This document shows, one piece after another, positions 1 through 8,788 of a DNA stretch of 64,000 nt (position 1 is the stretch's first letter; each line of letters opens with the position of its first letter). Source of the DNA: an uncultured Desulfobacter sp. (GTDB taxonomy: Bacteria > Desulfobacterota > Desulfobacteria > Desulfobacterales > Desulfobacteraceae); the NCBI GenBank assembly GCA_963665095.1, contig OY762069.1, positions 544,001 to 608,000 on the forward strand, read 5' to 3'. The notes beneath the pieces are model-generated. The model had not been told where the DNA came from and did not search any database. It worked only from the letters and a program-made list of their open reading frames with translations. The position numbers and the translations under genes were made by a program.

Positions 1-81
1 GGCGCTGGCAGCGGTCAGGCAGATCAGTGTTGGAACAAGTAATACAGCAAGTTGAAGTGAAAATTGGTGTTTTGTATTCAT
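1..81 (-). CDS. 5' end of an exported protein (runs off window); last visible gene of the feo cluster
   Basis: Manual translation MNTKHQFSLQLAVLLVPTLICLTAASA looks like a signal peptide; AAGGAG upstream; start overlaps the stop of 78..269 (ATGA). Confidence 0.65.
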   Translation of the reverse strand, partial: MNTKHQFSLQLAVLLVPTLICLTAASA

Positions 82-269
82 TGGTTTCTCCTTTTGGGGG
101 TATTTTCCATGGAATTTAATATGTGGGTTTGGTGGTGCTTTTTATTGGTTGCGCAGGCACTGCATCCGGCGCATGAGGGGGAATCAGACGTCTTGGTCTT
201 TTTCCATTGCCGGTACAGGTAATACACGGCCCCGCCGACAGCTAAGCCTACAATAATGTTGCCAATCAT
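78..269 (-). CDS. FeoB-associated Cys-rich small membrane protein
   Basis: N-terminal TM helix followed by SCAGCSAC; lies in the feoAB operon. Confidence 0.8.
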   Translation of the reverse strand: MIGNIIVGLAVGGAVYYLYRQWKKTKTSDSPSCAGCSACATNKKHHQTHILNSMENTPKRRNQ

Positions 270-314
270 TTTTTATTCTCCTCTCTATTTTTGATAAAAT
301 TCTGATGAAAAAAA

Positions 315-1610
315 TCAGTCACTGACTGCTGCCACGCCCATGGCCGCAAGGCCGTAAATTCCGGTGATGGCCACCGTGATAATGCGTATGCCCCGGGGCC
401 ATACCCCTGTCACTGTTTTGGTGCCCATAATGAACAGCAGGGTGAAAATCCCTGATCCTGTAAGGGACCAGAGGGAACCGGGCGTAATTTGAACCGAAAC
501 ATATCGGGCTTCCGGTGTCGGGCCTGTTTTAAGGGTAAAGGGAAACACCATATCCCGGATACGGCCGGACAGGGTGGTTTTTACCCGGGACATCGTGTGA
601 ACAAAGGTTTTCACCGGCGTAAACGTTTTATCCATGGCCACGGCCCTAATGGTGGTGTCATCGGAATAAACCGCCGTGCAGTACAAAGAATTGAATATCA
701 ATTTCAGGTCCATGTGGTCCGGGTCATAATCCGTCAAAGGAAGAGGTATCAGCCGGTAGTTGTCATACCCTAAAATAAAGACACAGTTCTCTTGGGAAAG
801 TGCAAGGCCGTAATATTTTTTCTGACGGTTTTCACAGACCCTGATGGCCCGGATTTTCAAATCCGGTGAAATGGGGGTTTTTATGATCACAGGTTTATCA
901 TCCACCCGTTTAACGTGAAAAACCCGGTAATCGTGATCCACAATAAAAACCCCTTCATCAAAGGGCTTGAGTACGGTGAATGTACCGTTGACGGACCGTG
1001 CCGGAAATTTAAATCCCTTTTTTTTCAGGGTGAAGGTGTACATTTTTGTAAGGACACTGTCCAGGGTGTTGGTTTGGGCATATATAAACTCCATGGCTGT
1101 ATCGGTCATGCGGAACCGGTCCTCGGGAAAGACCAGCCGGGCCTGGCCCGGGTTGGATTCCAACAGGGGCCAAAAAGGCACTTCAGGGAACCTGCCCCAA
1201 AGATTTCGGGCGTTGAGTTCCATGACCCTTCGGCCCGCTTTGATACTGTTTTTATCAAAGGTGTGCCCGTCTATGGTGATGGGCAAAAGTCCCCAGATTT
1301 CCATATTTTTATAAAAGATAAAGGGCAGCAGTTTTTCAAAGGTTTTCCGCGGCACATAGGTGCCGTCGGCTTTGATGTAGGCAAGGTTGCTGTGATGGTC
1401 CTCGGCCATGCCCTGGGCAGCCCTGGGCACAGGTCCCACAATTTTTTCCTTTAAGATAAAATCGTGGCTCACAGGGCTGTAAAACAGATGAGTCTTCTCC
1501 ACCTCATCCATGAACAGTTTATCGTAGAGCATGGGCAGGTAGACGGCGCTGACCAGGATAACCAGCGAAAGGTATATGGCAAAGGCATATCGGTTCATTC
1601 CCTGATTCAT
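315..1610 (-). CDS. DUF4857-like membrane-anchored extracytoplasmic protein
   Basis: N- and C-terminal TMs; FYSPV, LLPFIFY and FDEGVF motifs recalled for this family; follows ABC ATPase and permease. Confidence 0.65.
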   Translation of the reverse strand: MNQGMNRYAFAIYLSLVILVSAVYLPMLYDKLFMDEVEKTHLFYSPVSHDFILKEKIVGPVPRAAQGMAEDHHSNLAYIKADGTYVPRKTFEKLLPFIFYKNMEIWGLLPITIDGHTFDKNSIKAGRRVMELNARNLWGRFPEVPFWPLLESNPGQARLVFPEDRFRMTDTAMEFIYAQTNTLDSVLTKMYTFTLKKKGFKFPARSVNGTFTVLKPFDEGVFIVDHDYRVFHVKRVDDKPVIIKTPISPDLKIRAIRVCENRQKKYYGLALSQENCVFILGYDNYRLIPLPLTDYDPDHMDLKLIFNSLYCTAVYSDDTTIRAVAMDKTFTPVKTFVHTMSRVKTTLSGRIRDMVFPFTLKTGPTPEARYVSVQITPGSLWSLTGSGIFTLLFIMGTKTVTGVWPRGIRIITVAITGIYGLAAMGVAAVSD

Positions 1611-2281
1611 TATCCAGCCCTCCTGTAACGAAACCGGAAAACCGGCACCAGGACTGCGGGCATCATGAGAACTATGGGCACAGTGAGCAGGAGCAGTACC
1701 GGGCCAAAAGCCCCGGGATCTGTGTCTATCAGGTATATACCGGCCACACCGCCCGTCAGTATCAGATTCACCGCTTTGAGCCGGAAATCAGGCTCAAGCA
1801 GGGTCAGGGCCATGCCAAGATACGCTGCAATGCCCGCCATGATCCAGGGAAGTGCGGTGACCAGGGCGACAATAATGCCCTGTCTGGGAAAATAGATCCC
1901 GGTGATCAGCCAGAGTCCGCCAAGATTAATGATCCCGATCAGGCCGCAGGCAAAAAGCCCTGCCAGCAGATGAACCATGGCCACAAATCCTGCCGGCACC
2001 GGCAGATGCAGGCTAAGCCTGAACCGCTCCCCCCACATCTCAGGCAGATACTGAAAACAGGCGATAAGGAGACCCGAAAGCAACGGGGCATATTTCAGGT
2101 GTCCGAAATGGATCTGCCCCAGGTGAAGCACCCGGTACCACACCACCTCGGCATGGTCCAGAACAAAGAGTTGCCGGGTGGAGACCCAGATGTATCCCAG
2201 CAGGCACACATTGGCCAGAAACACCAGCAGCCACAGGGTCCGGATTTTGAAAAACTCTTTTCTGAAAATGGCTGCAAGCAT
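1610..2281 (-). CDS. ABC-2-type permease-like membrane protein
   Basis: MLAAIFRKEFFK start, about 6 TMs, RLSLHLP motif; coupled to the ABC ATPase. Confidence 0.7.
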   Translation of the reverse strand: MLAAIFRKEFFKIRTLWLLVFLANVCLLGYIWVSTRQLFVLDHAEVVWYRVLHLGQIHFGHLKYAPLLSGLLIACFQYLPEMWGERFRLSLHLPVPAGFVAMVHLLAGLFACGLIGIINLGGLWLITGIYFPRQGIIVALVTALPWIMAGIAAYLGMALTLLEPDFRLKAVNLILTGGVAGIYLIDTDPGAFGPVLLLLTVPIVLMMPAVLVPVFRFRYRRAG

Positions 2282-3204
2282 TAATACCTCCCTGTATACC
2301 CGATAAAGGCATCTTCAAGGCGTAAGTCCACCGGTTCAAGCAGGTCGCCGGATATGCCTGCAGCTTCCAGTGCGTCAGCCAGTTCCTGTTTTGCCGCAAA
2401 GGTGAACAGCTCCCAGTAACCGGGATGAATTTCAATATTTTTAAGCATGGGGCAGGTTTCCAGCATGGTTTCCCGGGTCATCTTTTCCGGTACGCCCCGG
2501 CTTCCGTGAGGGGATCCCGCAGGCAGGCGGTAGCAGGAGAAGTGTTTCTTGAATTCGGCAAGGCCTGTGGTCATCAGCCCGCCTCCGCGTTCAAGGAAAA
2601 TTACCTCATCCACAAAGTCCTCCATGTCCTGGATCACATGGGAGGTTAAAAAAACGGTATGGCTGCCATTGGATGAATATTCCCGCATCTCATCCAGAAA
2701 CAGCCGTCGATATCCCGCATCCAGTCCAATGGAGTAGTCGTCCAGCAGCAACAGTTCCGGCTGCTGGGCCATGAGAAGCCCTAACACCACCTGGGAGCGC
2801 TGGCCGCAGGACATCTGCCGGATCAGATGGGAGGGCTCAAGATTGAGTTTTTCCACCATTCGGTAATAGATGTCCGCATCCCAGTGGGGATAGAACGGGG
2901 CATAAAATTTTTCAATCTGCCGAATGGACATGAATTCATAGGCCACATGGCCTTCAAACAAGAGACCGATGCGGGCCCGGGCTGAAGAGGTCAGGGCATG
3001 TGAATCTTCGCCAAACACCTTGCACCTGCCGGATACCGGCCGCAGAAATCCCATCAGAATTTTTATCAGCGTGGTTTTACCCACACCGTTTTTGCCCAGA
3101 AGGCCGTATATTTTTCCAGGCCCAAGGCAGAAATTTAAATCCTTATATATATAGCGCCTGCCGTAACGGTGGCACAGATGTTCAACTTCAATAACCGGGG
3201 TCAT
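2281..3204 (-). CDS. ABC transporter ATP-binding protein
   Basis: Walker A GKNGVGKT, signature MSCGQ, Walker B LLLDD, H-loop TSH; start trimmed to MTPVIE. Confidence 0.9.
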   Translation of the reverse strand: MTPVIEVEHLCHRYGRRYIYKDLNFCLGPGKIYGLLGKNGVGKTTLIKILMGFLRPVSGRCKVFGEDSHALTSSARARIGLLFEGHVAYEFMSIRQIEKFYAPFYPHWDADIYYRMVEKLNLEPSHLIRQMSCGQRSQVVLGLLMAQQPELLLLDDYSIGLDAGYRRLFLDEMREYSSNGSHTVFLTSHVIQDMEDFVDEVIFLERGGGLMTTGLAEFKKHFSCYRLPAGSPHGSRGVPEKMTRETMLETCPMLKNIEIHPGYWELFTFAAKQELADALEAAGISGDLLEPVDLRLEDAFIGYTGRY

Positions 3205-3346
3205 GCTCCCTCTCTGCAATCAGGGCGCCTAGTCCGCCCAAAAAGAATCCGGCACATGATGACCGCTTTATGCGAAAACCATATGCCGGGTGCAAACTGC
3301 CTGTCTGAACTATAGTGTTTTATTAGAAATCATATTTCCAGCTTTG

Positions 3347-4159
3347 TTACTTCATGTCTTTGGCCTGAATCCAGATCACGGCATCTCTTGAGCACTCTTT
3401 GCCTTTGAAAGAGCCTTCCGGGTCAAGACCGAGCGCTGCAAATCCCCACCATCCGGCCTTGGGAATGCCAAAGGTGAATACACCGTTGTCATCGGCAAAA
3501 ATGGTCTGCAGAACAAAGGATGCCTGGGGGGCTGTGGCGGCGGCTTCCTTGGCAAAGGCCTTCTGGTCCAGTAATGGCTTATGGTTCATGAATTCGATTT
3601 CGATCTCAGCACCGGCAACGGGTTTGCCCTTGAACAGCACCTTGCCCTGGAATACGTTGCCGGTCCAGCGGTCATAGGGTTTGCAAAGGGGAACGATTTC
3701 GCAGTCCAGACCAACCGGTTCGGACCAGGCACCGGGCTCACCACCCACATTGACAATCATCTTGGTGCTCTGCTGGATGTAGGCATCCTCTTCACCTTCG
3801 TAATAGGGAGCTGGTACCAGGCAGAAGATATGATCCCCGCCCCTGGCTGTATAGGATGTTTCATAGGCCGCGCCTGAGTTGGTCAGACTGGTCCATTTAA
3901 TGGACTTGAGGGTGGGAAGAAGGTCAGTTTTCTTCGGCTCGTTCTCTCCCCTGGATCGGGTGACAAAAAACTGTTCGGGGGTGCCCATATCCATGGTGTG
4001 CCCGGCTTCAAAGGGATGGGTGAATACGATGGCCAGAGGGATTTTTCCTCCTTTGTCCAACGCGCTTTCAGGTGTGTAGATCATCTGGAAATGGGCAAAG
4101 GCCGGTGCGGCCAGCGCCAGGATTCCCAGTGTGGAAATTGCGGCAATAATTTTATTCAT
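3347..4159 (-). CDS. DUF4198 (NikM-like) periplasmic metal-uptake protein
   Basis: Signal peptide ending AFA-H, FTHPFE, EIVPL, GWWGFAAL motifs. Confidence 0.8.
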   Translation of the reverse strand: MNKIIAAISTLGILALAAPAFAHFQMIYTPESALDKGGKIPLAIVFTHPFEAGHTMDMGTPEQFFVTRSRGENEPKKTDLLPTLKSIKWTSLTNSGAAYETSYTARGGDHIFCLVPAPYYEGEEDAYIQQSTKMIVNVGGEPGAWSEPVGLDCEIVPLCKPYDRWTGNVFQGKVLFKGKPVAGAEIEIEFMNHKPLLDQKAFAKEAAATAPQASFVLQTIFADDNGVFTFGIPKAGWWGFAALGLDPEGSFKGKECSRDAVIWIQAKDMK

Positions 4160-4231
4160 CTTGGAAAATTCTCCTTTTTTGGAAGTTAGAATACATTCAT
4201 TAAATCGTTGGCTGTTTTTTCGCGGAACCGG

Positions 4232-4555
4232 TTACTCGGTGATCTCTTTGCCTTCCACGGTGATTTTGTGGCCTTCTCCGGCATCGAACTGAACTTTGTA
4301 GTCTCCTTTGGGTTTGTCAAAAGTAAACTCACTGTCCTGGTCCATTTTACCGTTTACCAGCACCTTGCCGGCCCCGTCTTCAACACGCATCTGGACGCCT
4401 GCAGCAGAAGAACCATCAGAAAATCCGCCCTCGCAGGTCACAGTCCCGTCTCCGTTATCGTAGCAGGAGCATAGAGGCGTGTGCGCCTGGGCAGCAGTGA
4501 TAAAGAAACCAAAAAGCATGGCAGCAAAAATAAGTACGGACAATTTCAACTTCAT
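4232..4555 (-). CDS. Small secreted protein, NikL/CbiL-like accessory
   Basis: Signal peptide, mature N-terminal His (AQA-HTPLCSC), GGFSDGS and FDAGEGH motifs. Confidence 0.65.
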   Translation of the reverse strand: MKLKLSVLIFAAMLFGFFITAAQAHTPLCSCYDNGDGTVTCEGGFSDGSSAAGVQMRVEDGAGKVLVNGKMDQDSEFTFDKPKGDYKVQFDAGEGHKITVEGKEITE

Positions 4556-4600
4556 TTTTTTCTCCTTGTTCGTTTTCTATAAAGTCCGGGCAGACCATCG

Positions 4601-7096
4601 TCAGGCAATGGCTTCCCGGGTTGTTTCATATTCTGATTTTGTTTTAATAAACCCTGTTAAAATAGTGGTGAAAAGCATGATCCCGTAGAAGACCCCCATG
4701 GCCTGGAGGCCGGAAAGGCCAAGCAGCCGGCCGCCTGTGAAGATAAAAGTGGCCACGGTGATGCCAAGAATCATGGGATAAAACATGCCGAACAGCATCC
4801 ACTTGACAGATCCGGACTGCAGTTTAACGGCAATGGAGGTGGCCAGACACGGCGGGTAAAGCACCATGAACATCATCAGCGCCAGGGCATGCAGCGGGGT
4901 GAATCCATCTTCGCTTTTTGCCATGCGGGACTCAAGGGAGCCGTCACCACCGTCATCATCCTGTTCGTACAATGCCCCTAGGGTCGCCACAGAGCTCTCC
5001 TTGGCGGCAAACGCGGAAAGCAGTGCCACATTGACCCGCCAGTTGAATCCGGCAAACCGGGTCACAGGCTCCAGGGCTTTTCCCATTTTCCCCAGGAAAC
5101 TTGTGTCAATCCGCTCCTTACGCATTTCCCGCAACAGCCCCTTCCGGGTTTTGAAAAGCTTTTTAAAGGATTTGTTCACCTTTTTGGCCATCTTGTCACT
5201 GCCCGGCTGGGCCACCGCATAGAATTCAGGATTTTTTGCCTGATATTCCGCATTCAGCGCATCGCTCTGCGCGTCACCCTTTACCAGCATTTTTTTGTCT
5301 TTGTAGCTCTCCCAGAAAAGCACCATGGACATGAGCGCGTTATCATCGGCAAAGGTTTTAGCATAGGGGGTGGCAGCGATATCTTTCCTGAATTTGGCAA
5401 TGGCCCTGTCCTTCCGGGCATTGAAATCCGCCTGCCGTTCCGTGGATATCCCCGGGAACTGGAGCAGGATAAAGATGACCACAGCCAGGGCCACCACAAT
5501 GGATGTGATTTTTTTGATAAACATCCACACCCGTTCTATGGCCCGGCCGAAAACCCCTCTAAAGGTGGGCAGGTGGTAGGGCGGCATCTCCATGACAAAG
5601 GGGGCTGTCTCCTTGTCTTTAAGCACCGTGGTGGTTAAAAGCTTGGAGATGGGCAGCACCATCAAAAGGCTGATGGTGGATATGAAGAACATGGCCAACC
5701 CCTTGTGGGCCGCGAAATAGATATTGATGAGCAGGACATACAAAGGTACCTTGGCCAGGCAGTTGAGCAGAGGAATAATCAATATGGTGGTCAGGCGGGA
5801 ACGTTCATCCGGAATGCCTCTGCAGGACATGACCCCTGGTACGGCACAGCCGCCCACGTAAATACCGCCTAGTACCATGGGCAGGGTGGACTGGCCGTGC
5901 AGCCCGTATCGGCTGAAGAGCCGGTCCATGATAAAAGCCATCCTGGGCATGTACCCGCTGTCTTCCATCACCGCAATCAGGCCGAACAGAATAAAAAAGA
6001 TCGGGATGTAGTTGAGAAGCGCATTCACCGAATCAATGAGCCACAGGCAGAAAGAGGAGATCAGCGGCACATCAATGAATCCGGGATCCGGTACCACTGC
6101 CGCCACAAAATTTCTCAGCTTGGCCAGCAGGGGCCAGGTGTAGTTGGTCAGGTTGTAGCCCTGGACAATGGAGAGATAATAGAGCATCCAGATGACGCCC
6201 ACTAAAACCACAGGTCCCATGAATTTATGGCAGACCACGGCGTCAATACGGTCGGACATGGGTTTCTTCCGGACATCCGGCCGGGTCACGCATCCTTGCG
6301 TCACCTTTTCCGCGGCCATATACCGAAAACGGGCCACGGCGGCCTCCGCACTTTCATCATGTTCTTTTTCAAACCAGGCCCGCTGGTCGCTGGCCAGGGT
6401 CTGTATTCTTTCGCCCTGGCCTGCATTTTCCCGGACGAGCTTTTTTACTTCCTCATCTTCCTCCATCAGCTTGATGGCAAGCCACCGGTCCGGATAGTTG
6501 CCAAGGGAACCGCTGTCCTGGTTGATGAGGTCGCACAAGGCCTGTATGCAGGGTTCCATGGCCCCGTAATCCACGGTAAAGGGCGTCTGGATTGTTTTGC
6601 TTTCACCTGTTTCGGCAATGGTTTCAAGCAGCTGACTGCGTCCCCGGCCCTGTTTCATGGCTGTGGCCACCACAGGAATCCCTAATTTGTCTGACAGTGC
6701 TTTGACGTTAATTTCAACGCTTCTGTTTTCCGCCACATCCATCATGTTAAGGACCAGTACCACGGGCGTTTCCATCTCCATGACCTGGAATGTGAGGTAG
6801 AGGCAGCGTTTCAGGTTGGAGGCGTCCATGACATTGACGATCATGGTGGGCTTGTCATGGAGGATGAAATCTCTTGAAACACGTTCTTCAGGGGAGAAGG
6901 AGGTCAGCGAGTAGGTACCGGGCAGATCAACCACATCCACCCGGGTATTGTTGTGTTTATACCACCCGGACATCTTGTCCACGGTGACGCCGGGATAGTT
7001 GGCCACATGCTGTTTCGCACCGGTCAGGGCATTGAAAACCGTGGATTTTCCGCAGTTTGGCTGACCTGCCAGGGCGATTAATAACCTGTCATTCAT
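4601..7096 (-). CDS. feoB: Ferrous iron transporter B
   Basis: G1 GQPNCGKS, NYPGVTVD, DLPGTYSL, NMMD; gate motifs EDSGYMPR, MEMPPYH, LYPPC. Confidence 0.97.
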   Translation of the reverse strand: MNDRLLIALAGQPNCGKSTVFNALTGAKQHVANYPGVTVDKMSGWYKHNNTRVDVVDLPGTYSLTSFSPEERVSRDFILHDKPTMIVNVMDASNLKRCLYLTFQVMEMETPVVLVLNMMDVAENRSVEINVKALSDKLGIPVVATAMKQGRGRSQLLETIAETGESKTIQTPFTVDYGAMEPCIQALCDLINQDSGSLGNYPDRWLAIKLMEEDEEVKKLVRENAGQGERIQTLASDQRAWFEKEHDESAEAAVARFRYMAAEKVTQGCVTRPDVRKKPMSDRIDAVVCHKFMGPVVLVGVIWMLYYLSIVQGYNLTNYTWPLLAKLRNFVAAVVPDPGFIDVPLISSFCLWLIDSVNALLNYIPIFFILFGLIAVMEDSGYMPRMAFIMDRLFSRYGLHGQSTLPMVLGGIYVGGCAVPGVMSCRGIPDERSRLTTILIIPLLNCLAKVPLYVLLINIYFAAHKGLAMFFISTISLLMVLPISKLLTTTVLKDKETAPFVMEMPPYHLPTFRGVFGRAIERVWMFIKKITSIVVALAVVIFILLQFPGISTERQADFNARKDRAIAKFRKDIAATPYAKTFADDNALMSMVLFWESYKDKKMLVKGDAQSDALNAEYQAKNPEFYAVAQPGSDKMAKKVNKSFKKLFKTRKGLLREMRKERIDTSFLGKMGKALEPVTRFAGFNWRVNVALLSAFAAKESSVATLGALYEQDDDGGDGSLESRMAKSEDGFTPLHALALMMFMVLYPPCLATSIAVKLQSGSVKWMLFGMFYPMILGITVATFIFTGGRLLGLSGLQAMGVFYGIMLFTTILTGFIKTKSEYETTREAIA

Positions 7097-7317
7097 TGGG
7101 CGTCCACCTCAACAAACCGGGCCTCGTCGTGACGCAGGCTGATGAAGTACCCGTCGATTTCAACTTCCATGGGGTCTTCAAGGGGGGCATTGCGCACCAC
7201 ATTTAAGGTCAGACCGGGATAAATACCCATGTCCATCAGCCGCTGGCCGAGTTTGTCCCTGATGGACAGTTTTTTAATGATGCCGCTGTTGCCTGGTTTG
7301 AGTTCATCCAGAGTCAT
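7093..7317 (-). CDS. feoA: Ferrous iron transport protein A
   Basis: RLMDMG, RNAPLEDP, SLRHDEA; overlaps the feoB start. Confidence 0.95.
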   Translation of the reverse strand: MTLDELKPGNSGIIKKLSIRDKLGQRLMDMGIYPGLTLNVVRNAPLEDPMEVEIDGYFISLRHDEARFVEVDAQ

Positions 7318-7446
7318 AATTAGCCTCGCTCATTTATGTTTGCCGGCATCTTTGGCTGCATTTCCGTATTTTCGGTATATTAATTTTTGTATTGCAGTCA
7401 ATACAGGTTGAAGGTGTCGGCTATTTGTTAGTCTTTTCTAACCTGC

Positions 7447-7470
7447 AAATGAAAAACTTATTTTCCATTT
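7447..7470. promoter_or_regulatory. Imperfect AT-rich palindrome upstream of feoA, possible Fur-type site
   Basis: AAATGAAAAA-CTTA-TTTTCCATTT (9/10 inverted); arm spacing differs from a canonical Fur box. Confidence 0.3.
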
Positions 7471-7518
7471 TATAACTGTTTTGTCAATATTTTTTTAACT
7501 TGTAAGCTGAGGCTTTTT

Positions 7519-8574
7519 TTATTGATACTGAAGTGTTGTTAGGAGGAAGATGGTGGAGATGATGGCGAGCACTGCGCCTGCAAAGGCTTCCAGGATATCT
7601 GCAGCATGCTGGATAATTGCCGGATGCCGGGGGAGAATGTTCAGCAGGACAGATTTTCCGGCCATGGCTGCCAGCACCACGCAGGAGAGGGTTATGGCCA
7701 TGCCCAGGGTGATGGCTAAACCAAGGATCAACCCGAACCCGGTCATGCCCAGGGACAGGCAGAATAAAAGGGCCAGCACCACACCCGGGCACGGGATCAT
7801 GCCCATGAACACGGCTGGCGCAAGAGAGGGCTGTGTCATAGTTATATGTTTGTTTCCAGACACTGTGCATCCGGAACGTTGGGCTTTCCCAGTAGACTTT
7901 TTTCCCCACACCGGCAGTTTACGAAAAAAAAGAAACAGGCCCAGGATAATAATGAAGATATAACTGGTCATCTGGGTGGCCCGGGTGACCGACGCCAGAG
8001 AGCCTGAAATGGAGGTCTGCAAAATGAATTTTGCCGTAAAAACAAGCCCAATACCTGACAGCCCGTGGCTGGCGGCCAGGATGTTGCCAAAGGCCAGTGC
8101 CCGGACCAGGCCCGGCCGGACAGCTGCAATATAGGACAGGGCCACGGCCTTTCCGTGGCCGGGGCCTGCTGAATGCACCACCCCGTATACAAAGGCCGCG
8201 GCCAGCACCCACAGCAGCGGGCCAAAGCGTCCTGTCTCCTTTGCTTCACGGATCCGGGCGGTCATATTTTCCTTGATGGCCATCTGAAAGGAAATCATAC
8301 GTTCCATTACTCCCGGCTTTGCATCAGGCGGGTTGGGAGCGGTTTGAACTTCAGTGACTGTTTCAGGAACACTGTGGTTTTCCCGGGATGTTTTTTTCTG
8401 GGTGAACGGATTTGCAGTGCTTATATCCGCAACGGTAAAAAGTATGGCCGATATTACGGAAAAATAAAGGCCAATACGCAGGAATGCTTTTAAATTTAGG
8501 CGGCTGCAATATCGTTGTCCCGGGGCGTGTGAAGTCATAAATGGGCTTATAAGGGATGAAAAAGTTTTTTTCAA
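7519..8574 (-). CDS. RcnA/NicO-family nickel/cobalt transporter (true start uncertain)
   Basis: YGVVHSAGPGHGK and MIPCPG motifs, multiple TMs. Confidence 0.8.
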   Translation of the reverse strand: MKKTFSSLISPFMTSHAPGQRYCSRLNLKAFLRIGLYFSVISAILFTVADISTANPFTQKKTSRENHSVPETVTEVQTAPNPPDAKPGVMERMISFQMAIKENMTARIREAKETGRFGPLLWVLAAAFVYGVVHSAGPGHGKAVALSYIAAVRPGLVRALAFGNILAASHGLSGIGLVFTAKFILQTSISGSLASVTRATQMTSYIFIIILGLFLFFRKLPVWGKKSTGKAQRSGCTVSGNKHITMTQPSLAPAVFMGMIPCPGVVLALLFCLSLGMTGFGLILGLAITLGMAITLSCVVLAAMAGKSVLLNILPRHPAIIQHAADILEAFAGAVLAIISTIFLLTTLQYQ

Positions 8575-8722
8575 TATATTAAAATTTTCGTTTTATGTAA
8601 AAAGCCCATTGTCTGTTTTTATATCAGTATGTTATTAGAATCGGGTAAGTTTATGTGCCAGCGCACGGTCTGCCACTTTGTATAGGTTAGGATGGGCGGT
8701 TCCCATCGTTTAAATAATCAAT

Positions 8723-8750
8723 TAGTTAAGTTGAAATAGTTAAGTTGAAA
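8723..8750 (+). repeat. Perfect 14-bp tandem duplication
   Basis: TAGTTAAGTTGAAA x2, about 40 bp upstream of the 8789 ATG. Confidence 0.9.
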
Positions 8751-8788
8751 ACCCGTAAATCATTTAACAGAACAAATAAGGAGAGATT

